Shown piece after piece: positions 54,722 to 64,000 of a stretch of 64,000 nucleotides of DNA (position 1 is the first letter of the stretch; each line of letters begins with the position of its first letter). The position numbers and the translations under genes were made by a program. The notes below the pieces were generated by a model. That model worked only from the letters and a program-made list of their open reading frames with translations. It was not told where the DNA came from and ran no database searches. Origin of the DNA: an uncultured virus (IMG/VR IMGVR_UViG_3300018023_000193) (lineage: Duplodnaviria > Heunggongvirae > Uroviricota > Caudoviricetes); IMG/VR virus record IMGVR_UViG_3300018023_000193. One strand, written 5' to 3'.

Positions 54722-56533
54722 ATGGCAAATTCTTCTAATAGTTCCAAATTTAATATTTCTTCATTAGATTTTGATACAATCAAAGCCTCTTTAATAAATT
54801 TCCTCCAGGGACAACCAGAATGGACAGATTATAATTTTTCTGGGTCGGGGTTGAATTCTATTCTAAATTTGCTCAGTTATAATACCACGTATTTAAGTTT
54901 TTACCTTAACATGGTCTCTAACGAAATGTTCCTGGATTCAGCGGACCGAAGAGAAAATATCGTAAGTGTGGCCAAACAAATTGGTTATTTACCAACTTCA
55001 AGAAAATCGGCACAAGCAGTCATTAATTTTGTATTAACACCTCCATTAATACCAACACCTCCAGCCACTTTAGTGGTACCAATTGGAACAACTTTTAATA
55101 CAATGGTTAATAATGTGAGTTATACCTTTGTGAATTTGGAAGCTTTCACATTAATATATGATGCCATCCATAATCAATATGTGGCTACAAATGTTCCTAT
55201 AAATGAAGGAAAATTATATACTTATCAATATGTGGTAAATTTTTCTAATCCTGTCAAATATTTAATCCCAAATTCTTCTATAGATACAAATACATTATCG
55301 GTTGCTATTCAAGATAGTCCTGAATCGGCATTATTGGTTACTTATAATTTATCAACTGATTTAACTACCTTAAATGGAACATCAAATGTTTATTGGTTAC
55401 AAGAAGATGATAACGAACAATATGAAGTTTATTTTGGCGATGGAATTTTAGGGTCAGCTTTACAAGATGGTAATGTAATTTTCTTAAATTACCTTGCATG
55501 TAATGCTGCTGCTCCTAATGGAGCCAATTTATTTACACTTTCTGGAACAATAGGTGGATATACAAGTATTGTAATTACTACAATTAATCCAGCTTCCGGT
55601 GGTGCTGAAAGAGAAACAAAAGATAGTATTCGCTTTTCGGCTCCAAAAAATTATCAAACACAAAATAGATGCGTTACGGTAAATGATTATGCAACAATTA
55701 TTATGAGAGAATATCCTAATGTGGATAGTGTTGCTGTATGGGGTGGAGAAACAAATAATCCTCCACAATATGGAAAAGTATTTTTAAGTTTAAAACCTGT
55801 TTCAGGATATACGATTACAAATTTAACTAAACAAAGTATCATTGATAATATTCTTTCACCAAGAAATATTGTTTCAATTATTCCTACTATTGTCGATCCA
55901 GATTACATTTATTTGATAGTAAATTCTACAGTTAAATATAATGCCCAAAATACTACCAACACTTCAGGAACAATTCAGTCATTAGTTACTACCACAATTA
56001 ATAATTTTGCTGAAGAATATGTAGGACATTTTGATGATATTTTCCGTTATTCATTATTAACAAAATTAATTGATAATTCTGAACCTTCTATTACTAACGA
56101 TTTAACTACCATTTTAATAAAGAAAAAATTTACTCCTCCAATAAATACAACAGATAATTATACCATTACTTTTAATAATGCAATTCAACCAAATACTTTA
56201 ACTAGTGGATCATTTATTGATGCCACAGATGTAAATTATGTATCGGGACAATTATATTACTTTGATGATAATGGAAATGGTGTAGTAAGAACTTATAAGT
56301 ATGTGGGTGCTGTAAAAACTTATACCAATTTAAATTCAGGAACAATTGATTATATAAATGGTATCGTTACTTTAACAAATTTTGAACCTTCAAGTATTAC
56401 AGATAGTAGTGGTCAATTGAGTATAATTGCTATTCCACAAATTAATGATATTATTCCTTATCAAAATAATATTATTGTTATTGATCCTTCAGATGTAACG
56501 GTAAATATGGTCATTAATCCTTCTCTCGGATAA
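54722..56533 (+). CDS. gp6: baseplate wedge protein gp6
   Basis: LDFD.IK..L, DY.F.GS.L, NE.FLDSA..R, FGDG..G, Q.R.VT..DY, WGGE...PP.YGKV. Confidence 0.96.
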   Translation: MANSSNSSKFNISSLDFDTIKASLINFLQGQPEWTDYNFSGSGLNSILNLLSYNTTYLSFYLNMVSNEMFLDSADRRENIVSVAKQIGYLPTSRKSAQAVINFVLTPPLIPTPPATLVVPIGTTFNTMVNNVSYTFVNLEAFTLIYDAIHNQYVATNVPINEGKLYTYQYVVNFSNPVKYLIPNSSIDTNTLSVAIQDSPESALLVTYNLSTDLTTLNGTSNVYWLQEDDNEQYEVYFGDGILGSALQDGNVIFLNYLACNAAAPNGANLFTLSGTIGGYTSIVITTINPASGGAERETKDSIRFSAPKNYQTQNRCVTVNDYATIIMREYPNVDSVAVWGGETNNPPQYGKVFLSLKPVSGYTITNLTKQSIIDNILSPRNIVSIIPTIVDPDYIYLIVNSTVKYNAQNTTNTSGTIQSLVTTTINNFAEEYVGHFDDIFRYSLLTKLIDNSEPSITNDLTTILIKKKFTPPINTTDNYTITFNNAIQPNTLTSGSFIDATDVNYVSGQLYYFDDNGNGVVRTYKYVGAVKTYTNLNSGTIDYINGIVTLTNFEPSSITDSSGQLSIIAIPQINDIIPYQNNIIVIDPSDVTVNMVINPSLG

Positions 56534-56537
56534 AAAT

Positions 56538-58748
56538 ATGGCAGAAACAGATTTTCCATTTATTAGTGAAATTGTTCCAGTACAACCTGGAGCTACACTC
56601 TATATTCGTAATCAATTTCCAACTATATTAGATTTTATTCAAAATTATTATGAATGGTTAGAACAGAATCAAAGTGCAACACAATTAGGTGTAATTCAAG
56701 GAATTTTCGAATTATTGGCACAGAGAGATATTGATTCTACTCTTGCCCAATTTTTACCATATTTCTTTTATGAATATTTAAATAATATTCCTAATACAAT
56801 TCTAGCTGATCCAAGAAAATTAGCCAAACATATAAAAGATTTTTATCTAGCACGCGGTTCAGAAGGTTCTTATAAACTTTTATTCCAAATTCTCTATAGT
56901 GATCCAATACAGTTTTATTATCCTAAAAATGATCTTTTTATAGCTGATGGTGGTATTTGGTCAGTTGATACTATTATCCGAACAACAACTAATAATAATA
57001 CTTATGAATTTATTGGTAGAAAAATTACTGGTGTTACTTCCGGGGCAACAGCTTATGTTGAACAAGTAGTACAATACCAAATCGAATCAAATTTAGTAAG
57101 TGAAATTTATATTTCTGGGCTTGTGGGTATCTTTTCAATTGGTGAATATGTAAATGTTACGTTACCTAATAATAGAACTGTTCAAGAAACAACTTATGGA
57201 TTAGCAACAGGCATTCTGTTGACAAATCCTGGAACAGCATATCAGCCTGATGATATTATTACGGCAACTGGTTTAAATACAACTACCATTTTTTCTGTTG
57301 ATGTCATTAACGGAACAGAAATAGGAAGAGTTGTTCAAGCCACATTTGAAAATGACCCACAACCCCCAGCTATTCAATTAGCATCTTCAGCATCGATGGT
57401 AGATGGATATTATAATAATATGGAAATAACCATTACAGATGGTAATGGTAATGGACAAACTAAAAAGATTATAAATTATATCGGTGAAAATCAAGTAGCA
57501 ATTATAGATTCAAATTGGATCATACTTCCTGATATCACAAGTCATTATAGCATTTCTTTAGGTAATATTCAAACAATAAAAGTAAATGATTTTGGAATTG
57601 GATATACAACACCAATAGCAGCGAATTTTTCATTATCTGGAAATGGTGATGCAACTGGAACAATCATGGTTGGTGCTGTAGGTCATTATGCTGGTCGTTT
57701 TGTAAATGATTCTAGTTTTATTGATTATAAAAAATATTTGGAAGATGATTATTATTATCAAGCATTTTCTTATGTGGTTAAATCTCATGAAACGTTAGAA
57801 CAATATGAAAATGTGGTTAAAAAACTTTTACATCCTGCGGGATTAGCTTTATTTGGTGAAGTAATTTTAGAAAATGTTCCTTTTGTGCGTAAAAGTCATG
57901 AAATTTCTGGATTAGCAACAACTGCTGGTTTTAGTGGTTTATTACCTTCTGGTGTTGAAGCACAATATTCCATGATGGAAGATTTGACTAATTCACAACT
58001 TTTATATGACGATAGTTCAGCATATCCAAATGGATATAATGGATATTTAGGATCTACACCTAATATTGATATTGATGATCCAAATTGGGGAACAACAGGT
58101 GTTGAGTTTTTAAATACTTTTATTACTGATACAAGTTTAATGCCAAATAATTTAGAACAAACAATTGTTGTGGTAGCTAAGATAAATGAATTGGTTTCAA
58201 ATTCTTGTTTTATTGGTTCTATTGATACTACGAATGATTCTGGAATTTCTGGATATCAAATTTTTATTAATTCAGATGGTAGTATTTCATTTAGAACACA
58301 AAAAATTAATCCAAGCCAAAATAATTTAGTAATTAAATATCCTGCGGGTTCTATTAATACTTCTGATTATTTCTTTGCATCTTTACGGTATTTAAATAAT
58401 ACCATAGTTGCAAATTTAAATCAACAACTTCCTATTTCTGGTAGTTTTGGATTTAATATTGATGCCACTTCAGTTTTAAATAATTCACATGGATATTATT
58501 TTGGGATTGGAGGATATCATCCAAGTTATGATCCTATGTCACCATTATATGCAGAAAGTTTATTTAAACGTGTAATTCCAGGAATTCCAGGATCATTGAT
58601 TCTTCCTGCAACTATTTTACCAGGATATTTTAATGGTATTATTTCTTATGCTATTATTTGGAATAGATATCTTTCAGATCAAGAAATAAGTAATGCATAT
58701 CAATTTATTAGACCAATCATGATTGGTCGCGGTGTTCCCTTATACTAA
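56538..58748 (+). CDS. gp7: baseplate wedge protein gp7-like with C-terminal LamG-like extension
   Basis: F...YYEWLE, IKDFY..RG...SY..LF..LY, D..YYQ.FSYV.KS, LLHPAG. Confidence 0.8.
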   Translation: MAETDFPFISEIVPVQPGATLYIRNQFPTILDFIQNYYEWLEQNQSATQLGVIQGIFELLAQRDIDSTLAQFLPYFFYEYLNNIPNTILADPRKLAKHIKDFYLARGSEGSYKLLFQILYSDPIQFYYPKNDLFIADGGIWSVDTIIRTTTNNNTYEFIGRKITGVTSGATAYVEQVVQYQIESNLVSEIYISGLVGIFSIGEYVNVTLPNNRTVQETTYGLATGILLTNPGTAYQPDDIITATGLNTTTIFSVDVINGTEIGRVVQATFENDPQPPAIQLASSASMVDGYYNNMEITITDGNGNGQTKKIINYIGENQVAIIDSNWIILPDITSHYSISLGNIQTIKVNDFGIGYTTPIAANFSLSGNGDATGTIMVGAVGHYAGRFVNDSSFIDYKKYLEDDYYYQAFSYVVKSHETLEQYENVVKKLLHPAGLALFGEVILENVPFVRKSHEISGLATTAGFSGLLPSGVEAQYSMMEDLTNSQLLYDDSSAYPNGYNGYLGSTPNIDIDDPNWGTTGVEFLNTFITDTSLMPNNLEQTIVVVAKINELVSNSCFIGSIDTTNDSGISGYQIFINSDGSISFRTQKINPSQNNLVIKYPAGSINTSDYFFASLRYLNNTIVANLNQQLPISGSFGFNIDATSVLNNSHGYYFGIGGYHPSYDPMSPLYAESLFKRVIPGIPGSLILPATILPGYFNGIISYAIIWNRYLSDQEISNAYQFIRPIMIGRGVPLY

Positions 58749-58764
58749 ATAATTAGAGAGACTT

Positions 58765-59913
58765 ATGGCTAATAAAGCAATCGAATCAAATATTTTTCGT
58801 ATATATTCCTCTCAAAAGTTTCTTGAGGGATTATTTCAAACTCAATTAAGTACCAATAATCTTTATGTTTATATAGGACAATCGATTCCTTGGACAGATG
58901 ATACTAATCCTCCTCAACCTAACGATACTGTAGAATCTCGCGGATCATTATTTTCAATTATGTTGGCAATTAAAAAAGTTTCTCCATCAGATGCCATTTT
59001 AGTTATTCCAAATTATCCCTGGACTTCTGGAACAGTTTATTCTCAATATTCAAAAAATGGTGCTACAGTAGGAGGAATATCATACGATCAATTTGAACCT
59101 ACTTTAAGTATTGAACCTTTTTATGTTATCAATACTTCTAATAATGTTTATAAATGTTTAGGGAATAATAGTGGTGGTGCATCTTCAATTATGCCTACTA
59201 GTACTGGAACAACACCTGTTACTTTAGCAGATGGGTATATTTGGAAATTTATGTTTCAAGTATCACCAGAAAATGCACAAAAATTTTTATTAAATGCCGA
59301 TTCTTCTATAAGTGGTTGGATTCCAATTTATACTTTACAATATAATGATGGTTCATTACAATGGGCAGTTCAAGATACGGCTTCATCCACCGATGGATCT
59401 GGTATACCAGGTGGACATGGATCTGATCCAGTAAATGAATTAGGTGCTATGTATGTTATGATTGATGTTGATTTTAATTATGATGAATCGGGGAAAATTA
59501 CAACCGATAATTCTTATAGAGAATTTGGATTACTTTTAAATCCACTTTCATATGATTCTGTTATACCATATACTGCATTAATTGGAGTAGGTACTACAAA
59601 TATTCCAATTTCAAGTGTTACGGGAACGTTTAATCCAAATGACCAAGTAAAAGGAACAACAAGCCTTGCAACTGCTTATATTGTTGATTATAATATTTTA
59701 CCTGGTATTTTAAGATTAACGCAAGTATCAGGTACTTTTGTAAATGGTGAAACTATAACAGATATTACAAGTAGCGGGACAGCAATTTCTGGAACACCTA
59801 TTAATCCTGATATTACACCTAATACAGGACTTATTCTTACAGAAGAAAATATAAGTCCTATAAAACGCGCCTTAGCACAGATAGAGGATATTAAAATTAT
59901 TATCCCTTTCTAA
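58765..59913 (+). CDS. gp8: baseplate wedge protein gp8
   Basis: Y..IG...PW.D...PP.P, W.SG..Y, VYKCL.N, DGY.WKF, GHG.DPV.ELG, Q.EDIKI. Confidence 0.9.
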   Translation: MANKAIESNIFRIYSSQKFLEGLFQTQLSTNNLYVYIGQSIPWTDDTNPPQPNDTVESRGSLFSIMLAIKKVSPSDAILVIPNYPWTSGTVYSQYSKNGATVGGISYDQFEPTLSIEPFYVINTSNNVYKCLGNNSGGASSIMPTSTGTTPVTLADGYIWKFMFQVSPENAQKFLLNADSSISGWIPIYTLQYNDGSLQWAVQDTASSTDGSGIPGGHGSDPVNELGAMYVMIDVDFNYDESGKITTDNSYREFGLLLNPLSYDSVIPYTALIGVGTTNIPISSVTGTFNPNDQVKGTTSLATAYIVDYNILPGILRLTQVSGTFVNGETITDITSSGTAISGTPINPDITPNTGLILTEENISPIKRALAQIEDIKIIIPF

Positions 59914-59929
59914 CAATATAAATATTAAT

Positions 59930-62900
59930 ATGCCACTAACTTTCGCTTCATCTCCATTTTACGATGATTATAATCCTTCTAAAGAATTCTATAAAGTTCT
60001 TTTTCGGCCAGGATACCCTGTTCAAGCACGGGAATTGACACAATTACAATCCATTATTGCTGAACAAATTGCCCGATTTGGACAATATGTATTCCAAAAT
60101 GGAGCAATGGTTACTCCAGGACAAATTACTTATAATCAACAACAATCTTATGTTATTGTATTACCGAATTATTCAAGTGTTCCAGTTGATTGGGCAGCAT
60201 TAACTCCCGGAATCCAAATTCAAGATTCTGCCGGAGTAGTAGCAACAGTTATTTCGGTAGATTCAACAAATAATGTAATTTATATCCAATATACCACTTC
60301 AGGTACTTCCGGAACAACAAAAGTATTTGCAGATGGAGAAGTATTAAATATTCTTCCCGCCAATACAGGAATTGCACAAGCTATATCTTCAAATTCTACT
60401 GGTGTTACGGCTTCAGCTTCTATTGCTGCAGGTGTTTATTTTATTTTCGGGATGTTATTAGATGTTGCATCACAAACCATAATTCTTTCTCCAGTTAATG
60501 GAACACCTCCACCATTAGGATATTCTTTTCCAAATGTTCGGGTGGGATTAGAAGCTATTGAAACCATTGTTACACCTGAAATTGATTCTTCTTTAAATAG
60601 TAATGCAATTGGTTCTCCAAATTATGCGGCTCCTGGAGCAGATAGATATAAAATTGTTCTGAATCTTACTGCAATTGATATTAATGCTACCGCAGATAAT
60701 AATTTTACCGAATTAATGCGGATTCAAAATGGAGTGATTCAAACACAAGTTCAAAATACTGCTTTGAGCGAAATTATGACTACATTAGCTCAAAGAACAA
60801 TGGAAACTAATGGTAATTTTATTGTTTCTCCTTTTGGATTTGATTTGCATGAAAGTTTATTAGTGGGTAGTAATGGTGGGATTTATACAAGTGCAGGTGG
60901 CGGCCAAGCCGATCAATTAGCATTAGGTGTTGAACCTGGTAGAGCATATGTTGATGGGTATAGAATTCAAACCATTTCTAAACAATACTTACCAATCAAT
61001 AAAGCAAGAACAACTAATTTTTACCAAAATAGTCATACAAGAGCTTATCTTGGAAATTATGTTTATATTAATCGCTTATTTGGTTTACCAAATTACGATC
61101 AATGGCCAAGTGTTAATTTGTATGGGACACCTATTGTTACAGATGGAGTAGCTCCTTTAACCAGCGTAATTGGTACAGCTACAATTCGTGGGTTACAATT
61201 TCAAGAAGGAAATTTTCAATCTATTGGAAATCCTGGTCCAATTTTTGAAGTATTCTTAGCAGATATTAATATTACTGCGGTAGGTTTAGGTATTGGAGAT
61301 GTTAGATCTTTTGCAGTTTCCGATGGTGTTTTAACTACAACCGCAAATGTTCTTTCACAATTAGATATTGTAAATGTTGTTGGTGATTTCACTGTAGGGG
61401 ATACAATAACTGATGGAACATATGTTGAAAATATATATGCTTGGGATACTATTAATAATTTCCTATTAACATTACCAGTTACAGTAAGTGGTTCGAAAAC
61501 AATAGCAATTTCAAATAATGTTCCTATAACAAGTGCTAGTGGAACGGCAAATATTTTACAACGAATTACATTATTCGATACTCCAGATAATATTTTATTA
61601 TATCAATTACCACAATCTACGGTTTCTACAGTTCGTGATTTAAGCGATGATGTTTCAACTTCATATTCTTATCGGAAAGTTTTTTCAGCAGTAGCACAAA
61701 ATCCTACTTATGGAACAGTTACATTTGCTACTGGAGTAAATGAAATTTTTGAAGCTTTATCGGTGGAAGATTATGTAGCTACTATTGAAACAGGAAGTAG
61801 TGCGGGTAGTGCAGGAACATTAATTGATATAGTTCCAAGTGCATCTTTTGCTTCAGGTCTTTCTCAAATATCATTTAATGCGCCAGTAGGAACTACTGTT
61901 AAATTATCAGCTACGGTTATCAAAGAAATTGCCGCAGAAAAAACCAAAACTTTGAATTCTCAATCATTGACGGTTCTTTCTTCATTATATACTGGAGCTA
62001 CTAGTTTAGTTAATTTAGGAAAAGCAGATATTTTTGCATTAGATAGTATAATAGATAATGATACTTCAACTGATATAACTGATTGGTATACATTAGATAA
62101 TGGACAAAGAGATAATCGTTATGATTTTGGACAATTAACTTTATTACCAGGTTATCCGGCTCCAAGTTCTATTACAATAACATTTAGATATTTTACCCAC
62201 AGTTCTGGAGATTATTTCTCAGTCAATAGTTATAATAATTTTATTACTTCACCTGCTGGAATAGATTGGTACGCATTAATTCCTTATTATGTTTCTAGTG
62301 GTACATTATATGCTTTAAGAGATTGTTTAGATTTCCGTCCAAGAGTGGATGATGTTTCAGTATTTCCACCAGTTGCGGCAGTTCCTACAGTTCCTACATA
62401 TACTACTGTTGGTGGTTTGGTTAAACCAAATGATGATATCGTTACAGATTTTTCATATTATTTAGGACGTGTAGATAAATTATATCTGTCTTCTTCAGGC
62501 GCATTTATTGATTTACAAGGAACACCTGCACTTCAACCACTTGCTCCACCAGATCCAACAGATGGAATGGTTTTAGCTATTCTAACATTACCAGCTTATA
62601 CATTTGTTCCAAGTAGTGTTACTATCAAAACATTACCTAATAAAGTATATACAATGGCTGATATTGGTAATTTAGATAAACGTATTACGAATTTAGAATA
62701 TTATACAGCATTAAATTTATTAGAACAAACTACAGCTAGTATGCAAATTCCAGATGCTACAACAGGTTTAAATCGTTATCAAGCAGGTTTTATTGTAGAT
62801 CCTTTCCAAAATATGAATGTGGCAGATTATAATAATCCAGATATTTCATTTTCAATTGATGCAGCGAATGGAATCATGCGGCCAGAATATGTAACTAATT

Positions 62901-64000
62901 CAGTAAATATGCAATATGATTCAGTAGAAAGCGATAATATTGAAGTTAATACATTAAAACCATTAAATAATATAGCAACATTACCATATACTGAAAGCCC
63001 AATTATTACACAACCTCTTGCTTCACGCCAAGAAAATATTAATCCATATAATATTTTTGCATGGGCAGGATCTATATCATTAACTCCTGCAACCGATACA
63101 TGGATTGCAGTAGATTATTTACCAGATATTACAATAACTGATAATACTTTATTTAATGCAACACAAGCACAAGACCAAGCAGATAATATTTTAGGTACGG
63201 TTTGGAATGCTTGGACAACAAATTGGATAGGTGTTTCAACAAGTGTAAGTAATCCAAATAATATTAATGTTGGCCCAGGAGGAAATAGTGATACTTCCAT
63301 TATGGGTGCTGTAGGTAGTGCAGCAGCCCAAGGAGTTCCAGTTCTTCCAACCAATACTTTAGCAAGTACAACTACAACGTTATCTCAACAAACGAGAAAT
63401 GGAACCCAAACTACATTAGTAAATGTACCAACACAAACAATTGATAATAAAATTGTTAGTACTGGAGTTGTTCCTTATTGCCGTGCAAATAATATTAGTT
63501 TCGTTGCTAAAGGATTAAAACCACTTACACAATTTTGGGCATTTATGGATATTACTCCAGTTAGTTCATTTTGTACTCCAACTGGAGGAACATTAGGTGA
63601 GAAATTAATGTCAGATGCAAATGGTATGGTTTCTGGTGTTTTTGCCTTACCTAATCCATCAACATCTACAGTTCAATTTAGAACAGGTACCAGAATATTT
63701 TCCTTAGTTAATGATATAAATAATGTTGGAGCAAATATCACTTCTTATGCTCAAGCAAATTATATTGCTTCAGGAACATTAGATAATGATCAAGAAACAA
63801 TTACTTCAATTGGAGTTCCTGAACTACAAACGCAACAAGTTACCCAAACTGGTGCAGTTCAATCAACAAATCAAATAACTACTTATGTTATTGTTGGTGG
63901 TGCAGGATATGTCGATCCATTAGCACAAGCATTTTTAGTCGGAACATTGCAAGGTGGTTTCTGTGCTACTTCAATTGATCTTTATTTTGCTACTAAAGAT
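59930..64000 (+). CDS. large virion structural protein (DUF4815/VrlC-like), 3'-partial, not in ORF track
   Basis: MPLTFASSPFYDDY....FYKVLFRPG.PVQARELTQLQSI, NYAAPGADR, DNGQRD..Y, DFRP, DPLAQ.F, IDLYFATKD at window end; TATAAATA at 59917-24. Confidence 0.9.
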   Translation, partial: MPLTFASSPFYDDYNPSKEFYKVLFRPGYPVQARELTQLQSIIAEQIARFGQYVFQNGAMVTPGQITYNQQQSYVIVLPNYSSVPVDWAALTPGIQIQDSAGVVATVISVDSTNNVIYIQYTTSGTSGTTKVFADGEVLNILPANTGIAQAISSNSTGVTASASIAAGVYFIFGMLLDVASQTIILSPVNGTPPPLGYSFPNVRVGLEAIETIVTPEIDSSLNSNAIGSPNYAAPGADRYKIVLNLTAIDINATADNNFTELMRIQNGVIQTQVQNTALSEIMTTLAQRTMETNGNFIVSPFGFDLHESLLVGSNGGIYTSAGGGQADQLALGVEPGRAYVDGYRIQTISKQYLPINKARTTNFYQNSHTRAYLGNYVYINRLFGLPNYDQWPSVNLYGTPIVTDGVAPLTSVIGTATIRGLQFQEGNFQSIGNPGPIFEVFLADINITAVGLGIGDVRSFAVSDGVLTTTANVLSQLDIVNVVGDFTVGDTITDGTYVENIYAWDTINNFLLTLPVTVSGSKTIAISNNVPITSASGTANILQRITLFDTPDNILLYQLPQSTVSTVRDLSDDVSTSYSYRKVFSAVAQNPTYGTVTFATGVNEIFEALSVEDYVATIETGSSAGSAGTLIDIVPSASFASGLSQISFNAPVGTTVKLSATVIKEIAAEKTKTLNSQSLTVLSSLYTGATSLVNLGKADIFALDSIIDNDTSTDITDWYTLDNGQRDNRYDFGQLTLLPGYPAPSSITITFRYFTHSSGDYFSVNSYNNFITSPAGIDWYALIPYYVSSGTLYALRDCLDFRPRVDDVSVFPPVAAVPTVPTYTTVGGLVKPNDDIVTDFSYYLGRVDKLYLSSSGAFIDLQGTPALQPLAPPDPTDGMVLAILTLPAYTFVPSSVTIKTLPNKVYTMADIGNLDKRITNLEYYTALNLLEQTTASMQIPDATTGLNRYQAGFIVDPFQNMNVADYNNPDISFSIDAANGIMRPEYVTNSVNMQYDSVESDNIEVNTLKPLNNIATLPYTESPIITQPLASRQENINPYNIFAWAGSISLTPATDTWIAVDYLPDITITDNTLFNATQAQDQADNILGTVWNAWTTNWIGVSTSVSNPNNINVGPGGNSDTSIMGAVGSAAAQGVPVLPTNTLASTTTTLSQQTRNGTQTTLVNVPTQTIDNKIVSTGVVPYCRANNISFVAKGLKPLTQFWAFMDITPVSSFCTPTGGTLGEKLMSDANGMVSGVFALPNPSTSTVQFRTGTRIFSLVNDINNVGANITSYAQANYIASGTLDNDQETITSIGVPELQTQQVTQTGAVQSTNQITTYVIVGGAGYVDPLAQAFLVGTLQGGFCATSIDLYFATKD

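Noticed and set aside
60927..63354. Short ORFs 60927-61151 and 63115-63354, and similar nested or antisense ORFs elsewhere in the track
   Set aside because: They lie within longer recognisable genes, here the DUF4815-like gene starting at 59930

Overview
A 64-kb, strongly AT-rich (roughly 30% GC by eye) segment of a large T4-superfamily myophage genome, with a gene set most like cyanophage/pelagiphage-type distant T4 relatives. It uses the standard genetic code. Left half: replication, recombination and nucleotide-metabolism genes (uvsX, gp41, gp61, class II RNR, rnh, gp33, gp59, gp32), a DNA methyltransferase, a cluster of probable capsid-packaged proteins and many small hypothetical genes. 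Right half: tail/baseplate module (tape-measure/lysozyme, gp26/51, gp54, gp2, gp4, gp48, gp53, hub, gp5, PAAR, gp25, gp6, gp7, gp8 and a DUF4815/VrlC-like gene that runs off the end). Ten sigma70-type promoters (all with an extended -10 TGn) and many T4-late TATAAATA boxes are visible. Main observations: (1) a circularly permuted, two-piece tmRNA gene inside an RNA cluster with tRNA-Pro, two unassigned structured RNAs and a 3-codon minigene; (2) nrdJ fractured into two genes carrying the halves of a naturally split intein (Cys1 / His-Asn / Thr+1) around a free-standing HNH gene; (3) a probable -1 frameshift (U UUU UUA) joining gp26 to gp51, like the G/GT tail chaperones; (4) structured leaders before primase and gp32; (5) proteins resembling Acidobacteriota surface proteins, a possible host hint. 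All family assignments come from motif recognition, not database searches, and all RNA folds were paired by eye.
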